From assembly GCF_009914755.1 (NCBI RefSeq), contig NC_060943.1: a stretch of 64,000 nt of DNA; one strand, given 5' to 3'. The stretch's first letter is position 1. Each line of letters opens with the position of its first letter. The notes beneath the pieces are model-generated. The model worked only from the letters and a program-made list of their open reading frames with translations, was not told where the DNA came from and did no database searches. This DNA is from the human T2T-CHM13v2.0 reference genome, Homo sapiens. The translations under genes were made by a program, and so were the position numbers. Of the stretch, positions 25,780 through 64,000 are shown piece after piece.

Positions 25780-26590
25780 CTGGGGGACTGGATTCCTACA
25801 TTCCAAGGGAGGGGGGAGTCCTCGATGTCTGGGTCTGAGGGGACAGGGAGCTGGGAGCTGGGACTCCTAAATTAGGGAGAGGAGGAAGCCGGGGTCCAGA
25901 CTGCTGGATCTCGACAGAGAAGGGCATCTGAGGCTGGGGTCCTGGAATCTGGAGAAGGAGGGTCCGGGGCCTGATGTCTATCTGAGTACCTCTGCACCTC
26001 ACCTTCCAGAATCCAGGGGCGGGGTCACCTACTGATTCGGACCCAGTGGAGGAGGCCCCAGTACTTCAGTTCTCTGCCTGGTACACGATTCTGGAGCCTT
26101 TTAACTGGGAATCTCCACCTCCTGCTCCTCCTCCTTCTCCTCCTGCACTAGAGCCTGGGGAGCTTCTGGGAACTGGAACACTGGGTGTGAGTGAGAAGGG
26201 GCGGAGGGGATTGAACGTGAAATCTTGAGGGAGGAGGGGCTGGAATCTCAGACTCCTGAGGCTAGGGAGAGGAGGGACTCGGTGCTGAGACTCTAGGATC
26301 TGAAACATAAAGGGCTGGGGGCCAAGATTTTAGTTCTGAGAGGGGAGGAGGCTGGGGGCCTGGATTCCTGGGTCTGAGGGAGGAGAGGCTGGGGGCCTGG
26401 ACTCCTAAATCTAAGGGAGGAGGGACTGGGACCTGGGATTTAGGTCTGACCGAGGAGGGGCTGGGGGCCCAGACTCCTGGGTCTGAGGGAGGAGGGGGCT
26501 GCTAGGGGCCAGGACTCCTGGGTCTGAGGGAGGAGGGGCTAGGGGCCTGGATTCCTGGGTGTGAGGGAGGAGAGAGCTGGGGGCTGAATT
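25780..26590 (+). repeat. MSR1 units flanking the KLK8 first exon (degenerate 25780-25980; cleaner 26230-26590)
   Basis: ggattcctgggtctgagggaggag units. Confidence 0.8.
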
Positions 26591-26997
26591 CTAAGTACTT
26601 TTAAAAGGAGAAGCTTGGAACCTGATCTTTTGTGGGAGGAGGGGGCTGCTGCCAGTAACCGGGAACCGAAGAAAGGCAGGTCTTCTAGGGTCAGAAACCA
26701 GAGGGTGGATCAGGCCCCGCCCGCTGTCCCCTGAGAGGTCCGGGATCTGGGAGGGCAGGTTTGGGAGGCACTGTGACCTGGTTTCCCCTTCCCCTGGAGG
26801 CGGCAAGACCAACCCAAGCAGAACCCAGGAGTCTTGCTGCAATAGGGCTGATGGACAGAGACTTTAGGCAAAACTTACTAGGGGTTTAAGGGGGAGTTGC
26901 AAGGCGGTACCGGTTCCCTCATCTGCCCTTCACCGCCCAACCGTTTGCTCTCCACTCATCTCACAGCTCAGGCAGAAAGAAGGTGAGGTTTCCCGCG

Positions 26998-27003
26998 TTT
27001 ACT
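26998..27003 (-). terminator. Variant polyadenylation signal AGTAAA, candidate for KLK9
   Basis: TTTACT on plus. I saw no canonical AATAAA between the KLK9 stop and KLK8. Confidence 0.5.
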
Positions 27004-27581
27004 GAAAAATCATCCGTTGCATTGGCTCTAAAGGTATCCAGACCCTCCCTCAATTTCCCCCCAGGTCTCCGTCAGGATTCAAACCCAGCACACGCCCAGG
27101 ACGGGGCCACAAGGGGCTGAGCTCTACACCGCCCGAGCTCCACGTGGGCGGAGCTACTGCGCCCCTGACATCACGAGGGGCGAGATCTCTGGTGAAGGAG
27201 GCGGGGCCACAAGGGGTGGAGTCCCGAGGGGAAGTCCCACTGGGCAAAGTTCCGAGGGGCGGAGCTATTTTGTGTAAGTGGTTCCTTGGGGCGGAGCCAC
27301 AGGCTGTGCTGTTCCAAGAAGGAGGTGATGGCTGTCGGTGACGTCATAGAGACGGGCTCTGAGGGGCGTGTCCCTGCTCCGTTCCGAGGGGGCGCGACTG
27401 TGTCTTGCTTGACCTCGTGAGGGGGCGGAGCCTCAGGGGCGGAGTCTTAGTGTCCAGAGGGGAGTCAGGGCAGCTGGAGGTCCAGGGCGGGAACCATTGA
27501 GGCTGGGACCCTACGAGAACCCCCTACCCCGTGCCCTTCGGCCTCTCTTGGTCTTCCAAGGTGCCCCCGTGGCGCGCGGGC

Positions 27582-34020
<6,439 letters not shown>

Positions 34021-35430
34021 GACCCCTGGGCACCTGGATCCTGGAACGTGCACCCGGCGTCCAGTGCTTCTTTATGGTAAGCCATGCCATCTCCTTCCTC
34101 CTCCATGGGGCCGCCCCTGTGATTAATCGGGGTTGGGAAATGTACCTGGGGGAGGGGGAAGCCCTGGGGCTGTGACAGGGGCCTTGGGAGAGGAGGTAAG
34201 TGCAGGGGGACCCCCCTTTTGGGATGAACTGGCGGCTTGCTGGGCCAGAGCTTGACTGAATGGAGGAGGAGTGCTGGGGGTGTGGAGAGGTTGTGGGCAC
34301 CTCCTCTGGGGTCTTCAGAGTGGGAGACCTCATTCCTCATCACCTTAGGCTACAAGATACAGAATCTTTTGTGTCCTGGAAAAGGAGGGAGATCCTTGAA
34401 GCCTAAGGTCCTGGGGTGCAGCAGGTTTATTTTGGATAAAGCAGTGGTGTGCAGAGACCAACCTCCCACGGCAGGCTGGAGGGATGTGCAGGGGGACCAC
34501 CCAGAAAGGAGGCGAGGGGTGGAAGACAGAGTCAGGACTCAGACACAAGAGCAAAAGATACAAAGAGAGGGAGGTACAGGCACAGAAGGACCCAAGATGA
34601 GAGGAGGAGTGGGAGGAGGAGACAGAACACGAGAAAGATTGAGGGAAATCCAGGTGGAGTGAGGCAGAGACCACAGGCAGCTGCACAGGTTTACACACCT
34701 TGCAGAACCTTCCCTGCCCTGGGGATTTGGGCCTCTTCCCACAAGGACAAGGCCCTCTCCTAGAATGTTGAGAAATCTGGTTCCATCTGGATTAACCCAC
34801 TCTTGTCATAACCTGCCCCCTTCCCCACGGCTCCACCACCCAAGGACCCAGGTGCCCAACCTTCCAGGTAGCAAGTGCCCTGTGCTCTCTCTTAATACAT
34901 CCTGATCTTTGCCAAATCCTGAGAACATTTGCTATATATTTTTTTCATCCATCTCCCTGCCCCCCACCCCATTGTCCCTTCCATCACCCCATCCTCCCTG
35001 CCTCTCTCCTCATCATTCCTTCTCACCAGGTGGACAGCTTCTGGAGGGCTGGGCCCAGGTCTGACTCATCTCTGTGTCCCAGCATCACCCCGTTCCAGGC
35101 GGAACAGGGCTTGCAGAAGTCCTCAGGAGATGTTCATTGAATGAGTGAATGTCTTTCTCCATATCCTTCTTTTCCTGGTGAACTCCCACTCATCCTTCAA
35201 CACCCAACCTCAATTCTCCCTCCTCCAGGAAATCTCTGAGATCCTCAGGCAGAGTCCATCTTTGCCTCCCCTGGGCACTTACGATCCCTTCCACTTTCTC
35301 CTGCTCACAGGCCTGGTTATGAAGCTGGGTCTGGGCTCCCCTTGAATGTTCTCTCACTGTGTCGTCATGGTTTGGAGCATGGACTCTGGAACTGAACCAT
35401 GTGTGTCCAAATCTCAATGATTAGGTGTGA

Positions 35431-36781
<1,351 letters not shown>

Positions 36782-37885
36782 TATCTCATTTAACTCTCAC
36801 GGGAGTCTAATTAAGCAGGTGTCTCCATTTCACAGAGTGAAAACTGAGGAAGAGACAGCATTCAAGTAATTTGCTCAAAGTCATACAGCAAAGTGATTGA
36901 AATGCATTTCCTTCTCTACCTGGTGAACTCCTACTTATCCTTTAAACTCCTGCACAAATGTCCCCTCATTGAGAAGCCTTTCCTGACTCCTTCAGGCACA
37001 GCCTGTGGACTTGGTGTGGTGCACCCCATACCCCCTTCTGTTACAGCAGTGATCTATTTGTGTTATGTGTTCACACAGCAACGGGGGTGACTTCTGTGTG
37101 CCGGGCACAATACAGGAGCTTAGAAAATCACAGTGAACAAATATCTGAATCACTGCCCTCACGGAATTTGTGGGGAAGGGTGACATAGACCATTATCAAG
37201 TAAACACAAATGAGATAATTTCAGGTATAACAGGTGCTATTAAAAAAAAAACAAACAAACAAAAAACAGAGCATCGGGACTGGATGACCAAAAGTGGACT
37301 CCTATAGCCTGGGCAATTCAGGAAGGCCTCCCGGAGGAGGTGACTTTTGAGTGGAGACCTGAATGACAGGAATGTAAGACTGGCCTGTCTCCCTGACCTA
37401 ACTAGCAGCTCCTTGAGGGTAGTGCCTGGTCTGATTCATCTTTGAGGCCTGGCATAAGACGTGGCTCGATAAACATTGTGGAGTGACTAAAGGGACGGGT
37501 GAGTTGCCTTTAATAATGAATCGAGTTTTCAAGTTTCCACCGACCTCGCTTCTGGTCTTCGGATGACAAACCCAGCTGATACGCCTGACTGACATTTCCT
37601 GCGTGTGCTAATGGGGGCAGAATGGGAAAGAGGCCACGGAAGGGAGCTGTGTGCTCAGACATTGTACATCAACCTCCTGTGGGCTCTGCAGGGTGGGGGA
37701 CCTTGTGATCACCCCTACGTATGTCCCCAGCACCCAGCACTGGGCCTGGCACAAAATAGATGCTCCATAAATTGGTAACTGAAAGGACAAACAAACAAAC
37801 AAAAACCCCGTGCTTAATGGGAAATTTCTGTTGTGCCTATATTCAGCTAGCTTATGTTACTTCTTCAAAGTTCAGGATAAGCTGA

Positions 37886-38349
<464 letters not shown>

Positions 38350-39226
38350 TAAATGTCAGAGGGAGGTTTCTTGGCACAAGCTGGGCAGTTGAGGTGGCAA
38401 GGGTTCCCCAATCTTCACTACCCCCTCGGCCCTCTGGTCTTAGAGGCTGGGATGGAAGCAAGGTGAGGTCCCTTGAGTTCAGTGGCCTCATGAAGGCAGA
38501 AAAGGTGCTAATGACTCAGGGCCAGCCTAGCTCGTGCCAAGGCAGGAGGAACTGGTGTTGGGTGGAACCAGAAGTGGGAAACAGTGGGAGATGAGAAGGA
38601 AGTGGTTAAAAGGTGTTTCCTGGGACTTGGAACTAGGGTGAGGAAAATGATTCTTCCATCATCCCTAAGGGTTGGGGATGGAAGGTTGGGATTGGGGGCT
38701 ACCCTGTGCACTTCTTCCCTGGACACACGCTTTCACCGGGACGTGGTCAGATCACGACAACAGGTAACCTTTAGTCAGAACTCACCACCCACTGTGTTAA
38801 GCCTTACATGACAATCACATGAAGATTTACATACACATGTTATATCATAGTCTCCTCACAACATGTCTAAGAGGTAGGCACGTCATTGTTCCCATTTTGC
38901 AGATGAGGAAACTGAGGTTCAGAGAGGGCACTTGGCTTGCCCAAAGTCACACAGCGGGGAGTGGCAGAGGAAGTCAGGTTGGGTGACCCCAGTAACTGCT
39001 CTCAGAGGCTGGGTGATGACCGGCTTCCTGGCTTCTCTGGAATAAACCTTTGCCACCACTTCCTGCATTTCAGCTTCAGTACAGGCAGAGAATGGGGATA
39101 GGTGGGGGAATGAGGTGAGAGGGGAGATGTTTAGAGGTGTGGAGGGCGGCAGAGGTTTGAACAGTGCAGACAAGGGGAGAGTTCAGCCGACTGGGGAGGA
39201 AGAGGATGGACGATGGAGCCTCTGGG

Positions 39227-43612
<4,386 letters not shown>

Positions 43613-44678
43613 GGCCAGGATCTGCTGGGGTGTGTGCAGGGGCGGGTTAAAACAGATGCTCCGTTAGAGACCCCCACCTCGCCGCGCTCATCCGCCCAGC
43701 CTGGGCCACCCCAGCCCGCAAGCACCCTTTTGACCTGCAGCCGATAACCCCAGGGGCTGGCAGACGGGAGATTCGGGCTGGAACAGCGGTAATGGGCACA
43801 ATTACCCTAATGACGCCCCTCGCGGCATCTTCCCGTCCTCCCTGTGCCCGAGTGGAGCGCTCTCCGCGCCCCAGCTACCCTGGCTGCAGCCACGCCGCGC
43901 CCGAGGTTTCCCCCTCCTTCACGCGCGGGGTGGGGATCCGAGGCTCGGAGCCAGTGGGAGCCTCTTTCTCAACCTCACAGCGGGGGGACTTCCGCGTCCC
44001 GCAGGTGGAGAAACCGAGGCTCTAAGCCGGCTCCTGCCTGTGGCCCGGGGGTCCCCACCCATCCTCTCGCAATCCACCCCAACCCGGGTGGGGTGCAGGT
44101 AGCTTCACCTGGGAGTCGCCGATAGGAAGGAGGGAGGGGACCCAGACGTGCCTCTGCCCTGCCTGTGGTCTGCCGCTGGTATCCTCTGCCCAGGGACCCC
44201 TGGCGGGACCTTCCCTTTTAACCCCAAGGAGTCCGGAAGCTTCTCCACCCTCCCCTACCCCCACCCCCGGGCTCCCTCCCTTTCCCTCTGTCTAATTGTA
44301 CCGTGGGTGAGGCTGGCACTCCTGGGTCCCAGATTCCTGCTCTGGGAGGGGCCCTGGAATACAGGCTTCTCCCAGTGCCCGAAACGCCCCCTTTTCATCC
44401 CTTTTGGAACTGGCTTCCGTGGGGATTCCCCGGGTCCCGGTGCCAAGAAGGCTTCCCAGGCGCGGGGAGAGGGTTCACGTCCCCAGCAAGGCTAGGGGTG
44501 GCAGGATGAGAGGCCACTGAGCAAGAGGAAATCAATGGGAAGTGCATACCTAGAGTGACAATGTGAGAAGCCAGACTGTGGAAGAGGAAGGAGGAAGGCC
44601 TAGAGATAAAGCAGGTTGAGTAGGAGGGACAGAGGCTGGCTTGAAAAGGGAGATTGTAACAAACCAAGGCTAAAAGAG

Positions 44679-44680
<2 letters not shown>

Positions 44681-44750
<70 letters not shown>
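44681..44750. repeat. (GA)n microsatellite upstream of KLK10
   Basis: About 35 AG units. Confidence 0.95.
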
Positions 44751-44756
<6 letters not shown>

Positions 44757-45036
44757 AGGGAGGCGCCGAGGCTAAGAGAAACAGAAACAAGGAAAAAGGG
44801 AAACCCACGCCCACTCTGTGGCCGTGAGTGAGCTCTGTGTGTGTCCCAGTGACTAGCCCATGTGCGTGTTGGGGGGGGCTGTGGCTCTGCCTCATACCCA
44901 TGTGTGGCCATCTCACACCCTCCCTGCCATCTGTGTGCCACCAGGTGACACACAGGCCCCTGAATCATAGGAGGTCAAAGCTGTGAGGGGCATCGGCATC
45001 ACCTCAGCCAACTCCCTCATCTCAGGTGAGGAGTGA

Positions 45037-46749
<1,713 letters not shown>

Positions 46750-46763
46750 TCATTTAGCAAATA

Positions 46764-46769
46764 TTTATT
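46764..46769 (-). terminator. Polyadenylation signal AATAAA of KLK11
   Basis: TTTATT on plus, ~290 nt past the stop. Confidence 0.7.
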
Positions 46770-47058
46770 GAAACCTTGATATATGGCCAGGAGCTGTCTT
46801 TGGGGCTGGGGATACAACAGAGAACAAACCAGGTGTTGTCATTCCCAGAGTCACAATATTTCAAGGCAGAATTTGAATCCAGGTCTCACTGATTTCGAAC
46901 CCCAGGTTGATTATTAAGTGACAGCATCTCCTGTAGTCCAGGAGGCCCAAAGAATGTTCGCAGAGGGTCTTGGCTTAGGGTTTCTTATTAACAGAGTGAA
47001 CAGGAACCAAACACCAAGTGGAAATGGAGGGTGATGGGCTGTGGTGGGTGGGTCCAGT

Positions 47059-50146
<3,088 letters not shown>

Positions 50147-51971
50147 GGCCTGGAGGGGGGAGGAGCGGGCCCCAGGTTCCTCTGGGAACAAGGAGGGACA
50201 TGGGGCCGCATCACTTTACGGGGAAATCGGGAGGGGGGGGCTGGCTCATGCCCTCTCCTCTCTCCCTCACCTGCTCCCGCTCCCCACTTGGGAGAAACAA
50301 GGTTGGGGAAATCCCCTGTTTCTCACAGCACTCAGATCTCCAAACACTTAAAATATATCTTAGGTGTCTAGGGTGGCCTTGGAGAGGGCCTGGTCACAGC
50401 TAGAAGCTTCCGAGATACCAAGAACCATGTGGAAGTCGTTGGGAGGGGCTTTGAGCTGTCAAGCCATGGTTCGGCCCTGTTCAAGTCAGCCATGGGACCT
50501 CCCCGGCACATGTCAGAGGATGTTTTCCTTCTTGCCTTGAGAGCTGGCCAGGCCCCAGCAGCTTGGGGTGGAAGGACAAGGGGAACCAGACACCGTTCCG
50601 TAGCCACCCCTTTTTCATTGTCTTCGCAGCAGAGCGATATGGAGCCTTTGAGGTCTGCTGGAGGGGAGTAGGGGGCTCAGCCCCAGACAATGTCTGGGAC
50701 CCCCATCACCCGGCTTGCTGAAGCCCTGTCCGCCAAACCCCTGCCCTTTTGAAGGACAGCCAAGCAAAGCTGGGCGGGGCTGGTCGAGGGGAGGGCCAGT
50801 GCCCTCCGCTGCCCTGGCCAGCGGGGGTGGGAGCAGAGGGCCAGCTCAGCAGCTGAAGCCATGGAGATTAGAGGTAACTGAGGCTGCGGACAGCCATCGG
50901 AGGTGAGAGGTGTAGAGAGAGGCCAGGAACCCCCACCCAAGCAGAGAAGGACAGAGCAGAGGGAGAAATGGGTGCCCGAGTGGGACAGGTGTCCTTGGGG
51001 AGGGCTGACACCTGGACGGGGAGGGGCAGCTTCCCTTTCCTCCTGGACTCACAGGCTCTGGGGCTGGGGCTCTGGGGGCCCAGTGGCGGCGGAGACGGCA
51101 GTGGCGGCAGCTACAGCAGGTAGGCTGGGTTGGAGCGCCAGGTGCCAGGCACCAGGCAGGCGGGCTGGCAGGGGGGCGGCCCTGGGCGGGCCCAGGATGA
51201 CTGGCCTCCAAGCCCTGCCTTAATGCCCCGGGGCGGGGTGTGTGTGAGGGCCCTCCCCGGAGGCCTCTGAGGCACTGGCTGCCTGCCTGTGCCACCTCTC
51301 CAAGCCCCTCTTCTCCCTGTGTCTCAGCCTCCCTCTGTCTGTCTGTCTGTCTGCAGCCTTCCTTTCCCTGCCCTGAGTCTCTGAATCTGTGTCTCGTTCT
51401 ATGTGTCATTCCCTGTCATTCAGTAATTCTGACTTTGTGTGATTTTTCTCTTTCTGTCCCTATGTGTCTGTCTGCCTTTCTCTGTCCTCGTCCCTGTCTC
51501 CACCTCCACTCTTCTCTCTCTGTCTGGCTCTGTGTGGCCCTTTCTCTAATTCCTTCTATCTTTGTGTCTCTCAGTCAGTCTCTCTGACTGCATCTCTGGC
51601 AATTTGTCTTGAAATCCCTCTTCTTCCATCTAATCTCCGTCTCTCTTTTTCCTCCCGTCCCAGCCACTCCCTCTCCACAGCCCCAGCCCAGGTGGGCCCC
51701 TGGCCTCCCCTAGGCCGCTCCCTTCTCCTTTGCAAGGAGAGGGGGGGTGTGCTGGGATGTCACACAGGTGGGGCTGCTGCCAGGCACAGGGGCAGGACCG
51801 GAGGGTGGGGGAGGCAGGTCAGGGCCTGTGGAAGCCGAGTCCAGGAAAGGGAACAGAGCCCTTGGCTGTGCTCCACCCCAGGGCTCCTCTGGGGCCTCGC
51901 TCCTCTGCTGACCCTTCCCCTGCCCGCTTCTCCCTGCCGCCCAGGCAGCCCAAGTCCAGCTGTTCACTTAC

Positions 51972-52032
51972 TGGCTGCTGTGAGACCTCTGCCCGATGAC
52001 TTCCAGTCCCGCAGCCACCTCAACCTCTGCAT
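51972..52032 (-). CDS. KLK11: Upstream coding exon of the long (282 aa) KLK11 isoform, spliced to 50181
   Basis: ATG at 52032, GTAAGT donor at 51971. 61 nt plus 35 nt (50147-50181) give 32 in-frame codons, MQRLRWLRDWKSSGRGLTAAKEPGARSSPLQA, ahead of MRIL. Confidence 0.88.
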
Positions 52033-52807
52033 CTGCGGAACCCGAGCGCAGATTCCTGCTTCTCCCAGCTTGTTTGTTTTCAGTTAGGTCCCTTCCCTTG
52101 GCTTTCCTCCCCTCTCTCCCCTGACCAGGTGTGGAGCAAGGCAGGGGAGGGCCTAGGTTCTGACAGCAGCCAGCCCTGGCCTCAAACCTAGGTGCTTCCT
52201 CTTCCTACTACTATGACTACCCTTATGACGTGGGGACAAGGGACTCCACCCCTGCAAGGCTCAGTTTCTTCATCTGAGAGATGGGGGTGACAGACCTGCT
52301 TGCAGGGGAGGTTGGGATCAGGCTTCCAGGAGGGTCCACTTGGAAAGAGCAGACTGCAGGGGGGCTCAGCAAATGTGCCTCCGCTGGTATGATCACCCCT
52401 CACTCCCTCCCTCCTCCAGTTTCCCTTCAGTGCATTTGGGGAGATGGTCTCTCCTCACCTCTTGAGTCCCAGTGGAGACAGAATCCAAGGGGTGGGCAGG
52501 AGGATTAAAGACGTAGGCTGAGCTCTCCTGCTTTCCAAGCCTGCACTCCACCCTTCGTCTTATTAGAACAAAGCCACGTCCCACATTAAAGATACAATGT
52601 ATGCTTCATTACAAGAAAGTAAACTGCAGTTGGCTAGTGGAAAGAATGCTACGTTTTATGGACATTGGATTAAATGGTCATAAATGTTGACTTTGCAGCT
52701 TTCATCTGGTATTTTGGAGCTAACAATTTTCTTTTTCTTTTTCGGGTCTTTTGTGGACTCTTGAAAAGCTTATAAGCTCTGGGCACTATTTCTATTATGC
52801 CAGATGA

Positions 52808-53510
<703 letters not shown>

Positions 53511-53624
53511 TTATTTGAGCTCTGTTTCTACTCCTATGAGATAGGGAAACTGCTGAGTCCTTCTTCCAGTCTCAACCAGCATGAGGACTTCAAATGGACA
53601 GACATGGCCCCTCCTTCATTTATA

Positions 53625-53630
53625 TTTATT
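53625..53630 (-). terminator. Polyadenylation signal AATAAA of KLK12
   Basis: TTTATT on plus, ~190 nt past the stop. Confidence 0.75.
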
Positions 53631-53816
53631 CCAGACTATTGCACACTTCTCTCACCCCGCTCGTGGGTCTTAGAAGGGCTGGCAGGAGTTAAAGTTCCAA
53701 GAAGTTCCCAGGCCAACAAGAGTGGAGCTAGGGGAAGTGATGGAGGAGATATTGGTGCTCTGAGGGCCAGAGGGGTACCCAAGTTAAGGGGTGGGGGTGG
53801 AGGTGGAGGAAACAGG

Positions 53817-59176
<5,360 letters not shown>

Positions 59177-60237
59177 GGTGGGTCACTTCCAAAGTCTGGG
59201 GGAAAAAGGGGAATCTCAGAGGTCACCCTTTCCCTGTGCCCCCCACCTCTGCCCTCTCTGCTTCTCTTTGAAGGTCACCAAGGGGATGACCTGCTTGTCC
59301 TCTCTCTACCTGCTCCCCTGTGTGTCACTCCCTCATTGGCAGTCGCCTACCTCCTTCTCACCTTGTCTCTTTGTCTGCCAGATCCTCTACGTGGCTGTCA
59401 CTGTTTGGCCTGTCCGCGTCGCTGCTATCTCTCCGTCCACCTACCTGCCTGTCGTCTCATGTGCTGGCCACTCCGCCAGCCAACTCTACCACTCTGCACC
59501 TGGCTCCTCAGCCACCTGTCATGTTGCTCAACCGGTCCCTTTCCTTCCATCTGTCGCTCCAGACAGACCACTGACAAAGCTCTTAACTCTCTTTGTCCTG
59601 GCCCATCCAGTTTCCGGGTTAAGGGAAGGGGACCACGAAGACAGGGGTGGGGCGTGCTCTAATTCTGCAGAAACTCTTCTCAGCTAATCACACTTAATTG
59701 AGCTTTACAGCTAAACGGAGTGGGGAAGGAGGAAAGGACCCAGGGTGGGAAGACCCAGCCCCACTCCCTCTCTCCTCTGCAAGCCCGTCAGCAGCCCCAG
59801 GACTGATGACTCAAGGTGACTAGGGAGCTGGGTTCTAATCCTGACTCCAGTGACAAAGGAGGGTGGGGAGACCTTGGACACCTGGGGCCCATCCCCATGC
59901 AGTGCAGGGGAGGGGCAGGGGGAAGGAGAGGCTGTGAAAGCAGGAGAGTGGACGGGAGGGGCAGGAAGCCCAAGCTAGAAAGAGTCCCAGAAAGAGAAGA
60001 AGAGTTGAAGGAACAGACTTCCAAATAGGTGATCAGGCAGGGGTAGAAGAGAGTTTCTGAACTGAGTTCATATATGTACATATGAAGTGGATCAATCTAA
60101 TTCCATAAAGTTTTTCTTTGCTAAGAACTTCTATTGCTTAAATAAAACCCACAGAGAGAAAAAAAAAAGACACAGGGAAGGAGAAATGGTAGAAAGAGAG
60201 AGAGAGAATGAGTCACAGGACAAGGGAACTTTGTGCT

Positions 60238-61070
<833 letters not shown>

Positions 61071-61671
61071 TTAGTCCTTCACTTTCTCTCTGGGTCTCCA
61101 GTCTCTGTCCGTGTCTCATTTTCAGAATCACAGAACCTTAGCTTTTGATTTGCTCTTAGAAACGACCTAACTGCTTTAACTCATCATTGGTCAGCGCGAC
61201 TGGCGTTGATAACGCTGGTCCCTACAAAGCCTCCTGCTGGCTGTTAAGAGCTTTCCTTCTTTGGGCAGAGAGGATAAAAAAGCACCATGACTGTCCTTTC
61301 TCTGGAAAGGACACACGTCACACGCTCACAGCACAAAAACGCCACTTCTTCCTTTTTCTGGTGTCAAGTTTTACAATAAACCTCAACTGAATAAGCAAAG
61401 AAACAAAAACAAAAATACCAACAACTACCCAACTCAACCTCTCTCTCTTTTTTTTTTTCTGTGTAGATTTTTAAGAGAATCAGGTTTACTGATGTGGAAT
61501 TTATATCCAATAAAATTGAATACAAAAAATAAGGCGGGCTCGCTGATTTTAAGGAGCATTCATGCAAATTAAAAATACCATGTATATAGTTAGTAACAAT
61601 GTATTGTGTACTTGAAAATTACTGACCGAGTAGGGTTTAAGTGTTCTCACTACAAGTAAATATAAGTATGG

Positions 61672-64000
<2,329 letters not shown>

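Noticed and set aside
34345-34698. ORF containing FWVVPL...CRGRLVSAHHC, faintly like KLK coding exon 2
   Set aside because: Motif spacing is wrong, no fitting donor and no partner exons; likely chance. tblastn with KLK proteins would settle it.
61180-61570. CpG-retaining patch with GC box and octamer ATGCAAAT (61562-61569), reminiscent of an snRNA distal element
   Set aside because: No recognisable PSE or snRNA body nearby.

Overview
Primate DNA, almost certainly human (chr19q13.4 tissue kallikrein cluster, recognised from the proteins). Six complete chymotrypsin-fold serine protease genes lie in tandem on the minus strand: KLK7, KLK8, KLK9, KLK10, KLK11 and KLK12. Each has five coding exons in phases 1-2-1-0 with the His/Asp/Ser triad in coding exons 2/3/5. 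I assembled every exon by hand; they give intact ORFs of 253, 260, 250, 276, 250 (282) and 248 aa. The rest is about 40 Alus, L1/L2/MIR and DNA-transposon relics, several LTRs, MSR1 minisatellite arrays, GA-rich VNTRs and the KLK10 CpG island. Highlights: (1) a ~100-bp paired-CCAAT repeat unit at the same position (last intron, near the final acceptor) in KLK7, KLK8 and KLK12, forming a clean 106-bp array with 8 CCAAT boxes in KLK12; (2) this haplotype has a GC instead of GT donor after KLK12 coding exon 3, a likely loss-of-function allele; (3) a ~0.5-kb direct duplication, inserted into an old Alu, brackets the catalytic-Asp exon of KLK9; (4) a GC-box/CRE/E-box cluster in the KLK9 3'UTR lies just upstream of KLK8. 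Repeat family names are from memory of consensus sequences and repeat boundaries are approximate.
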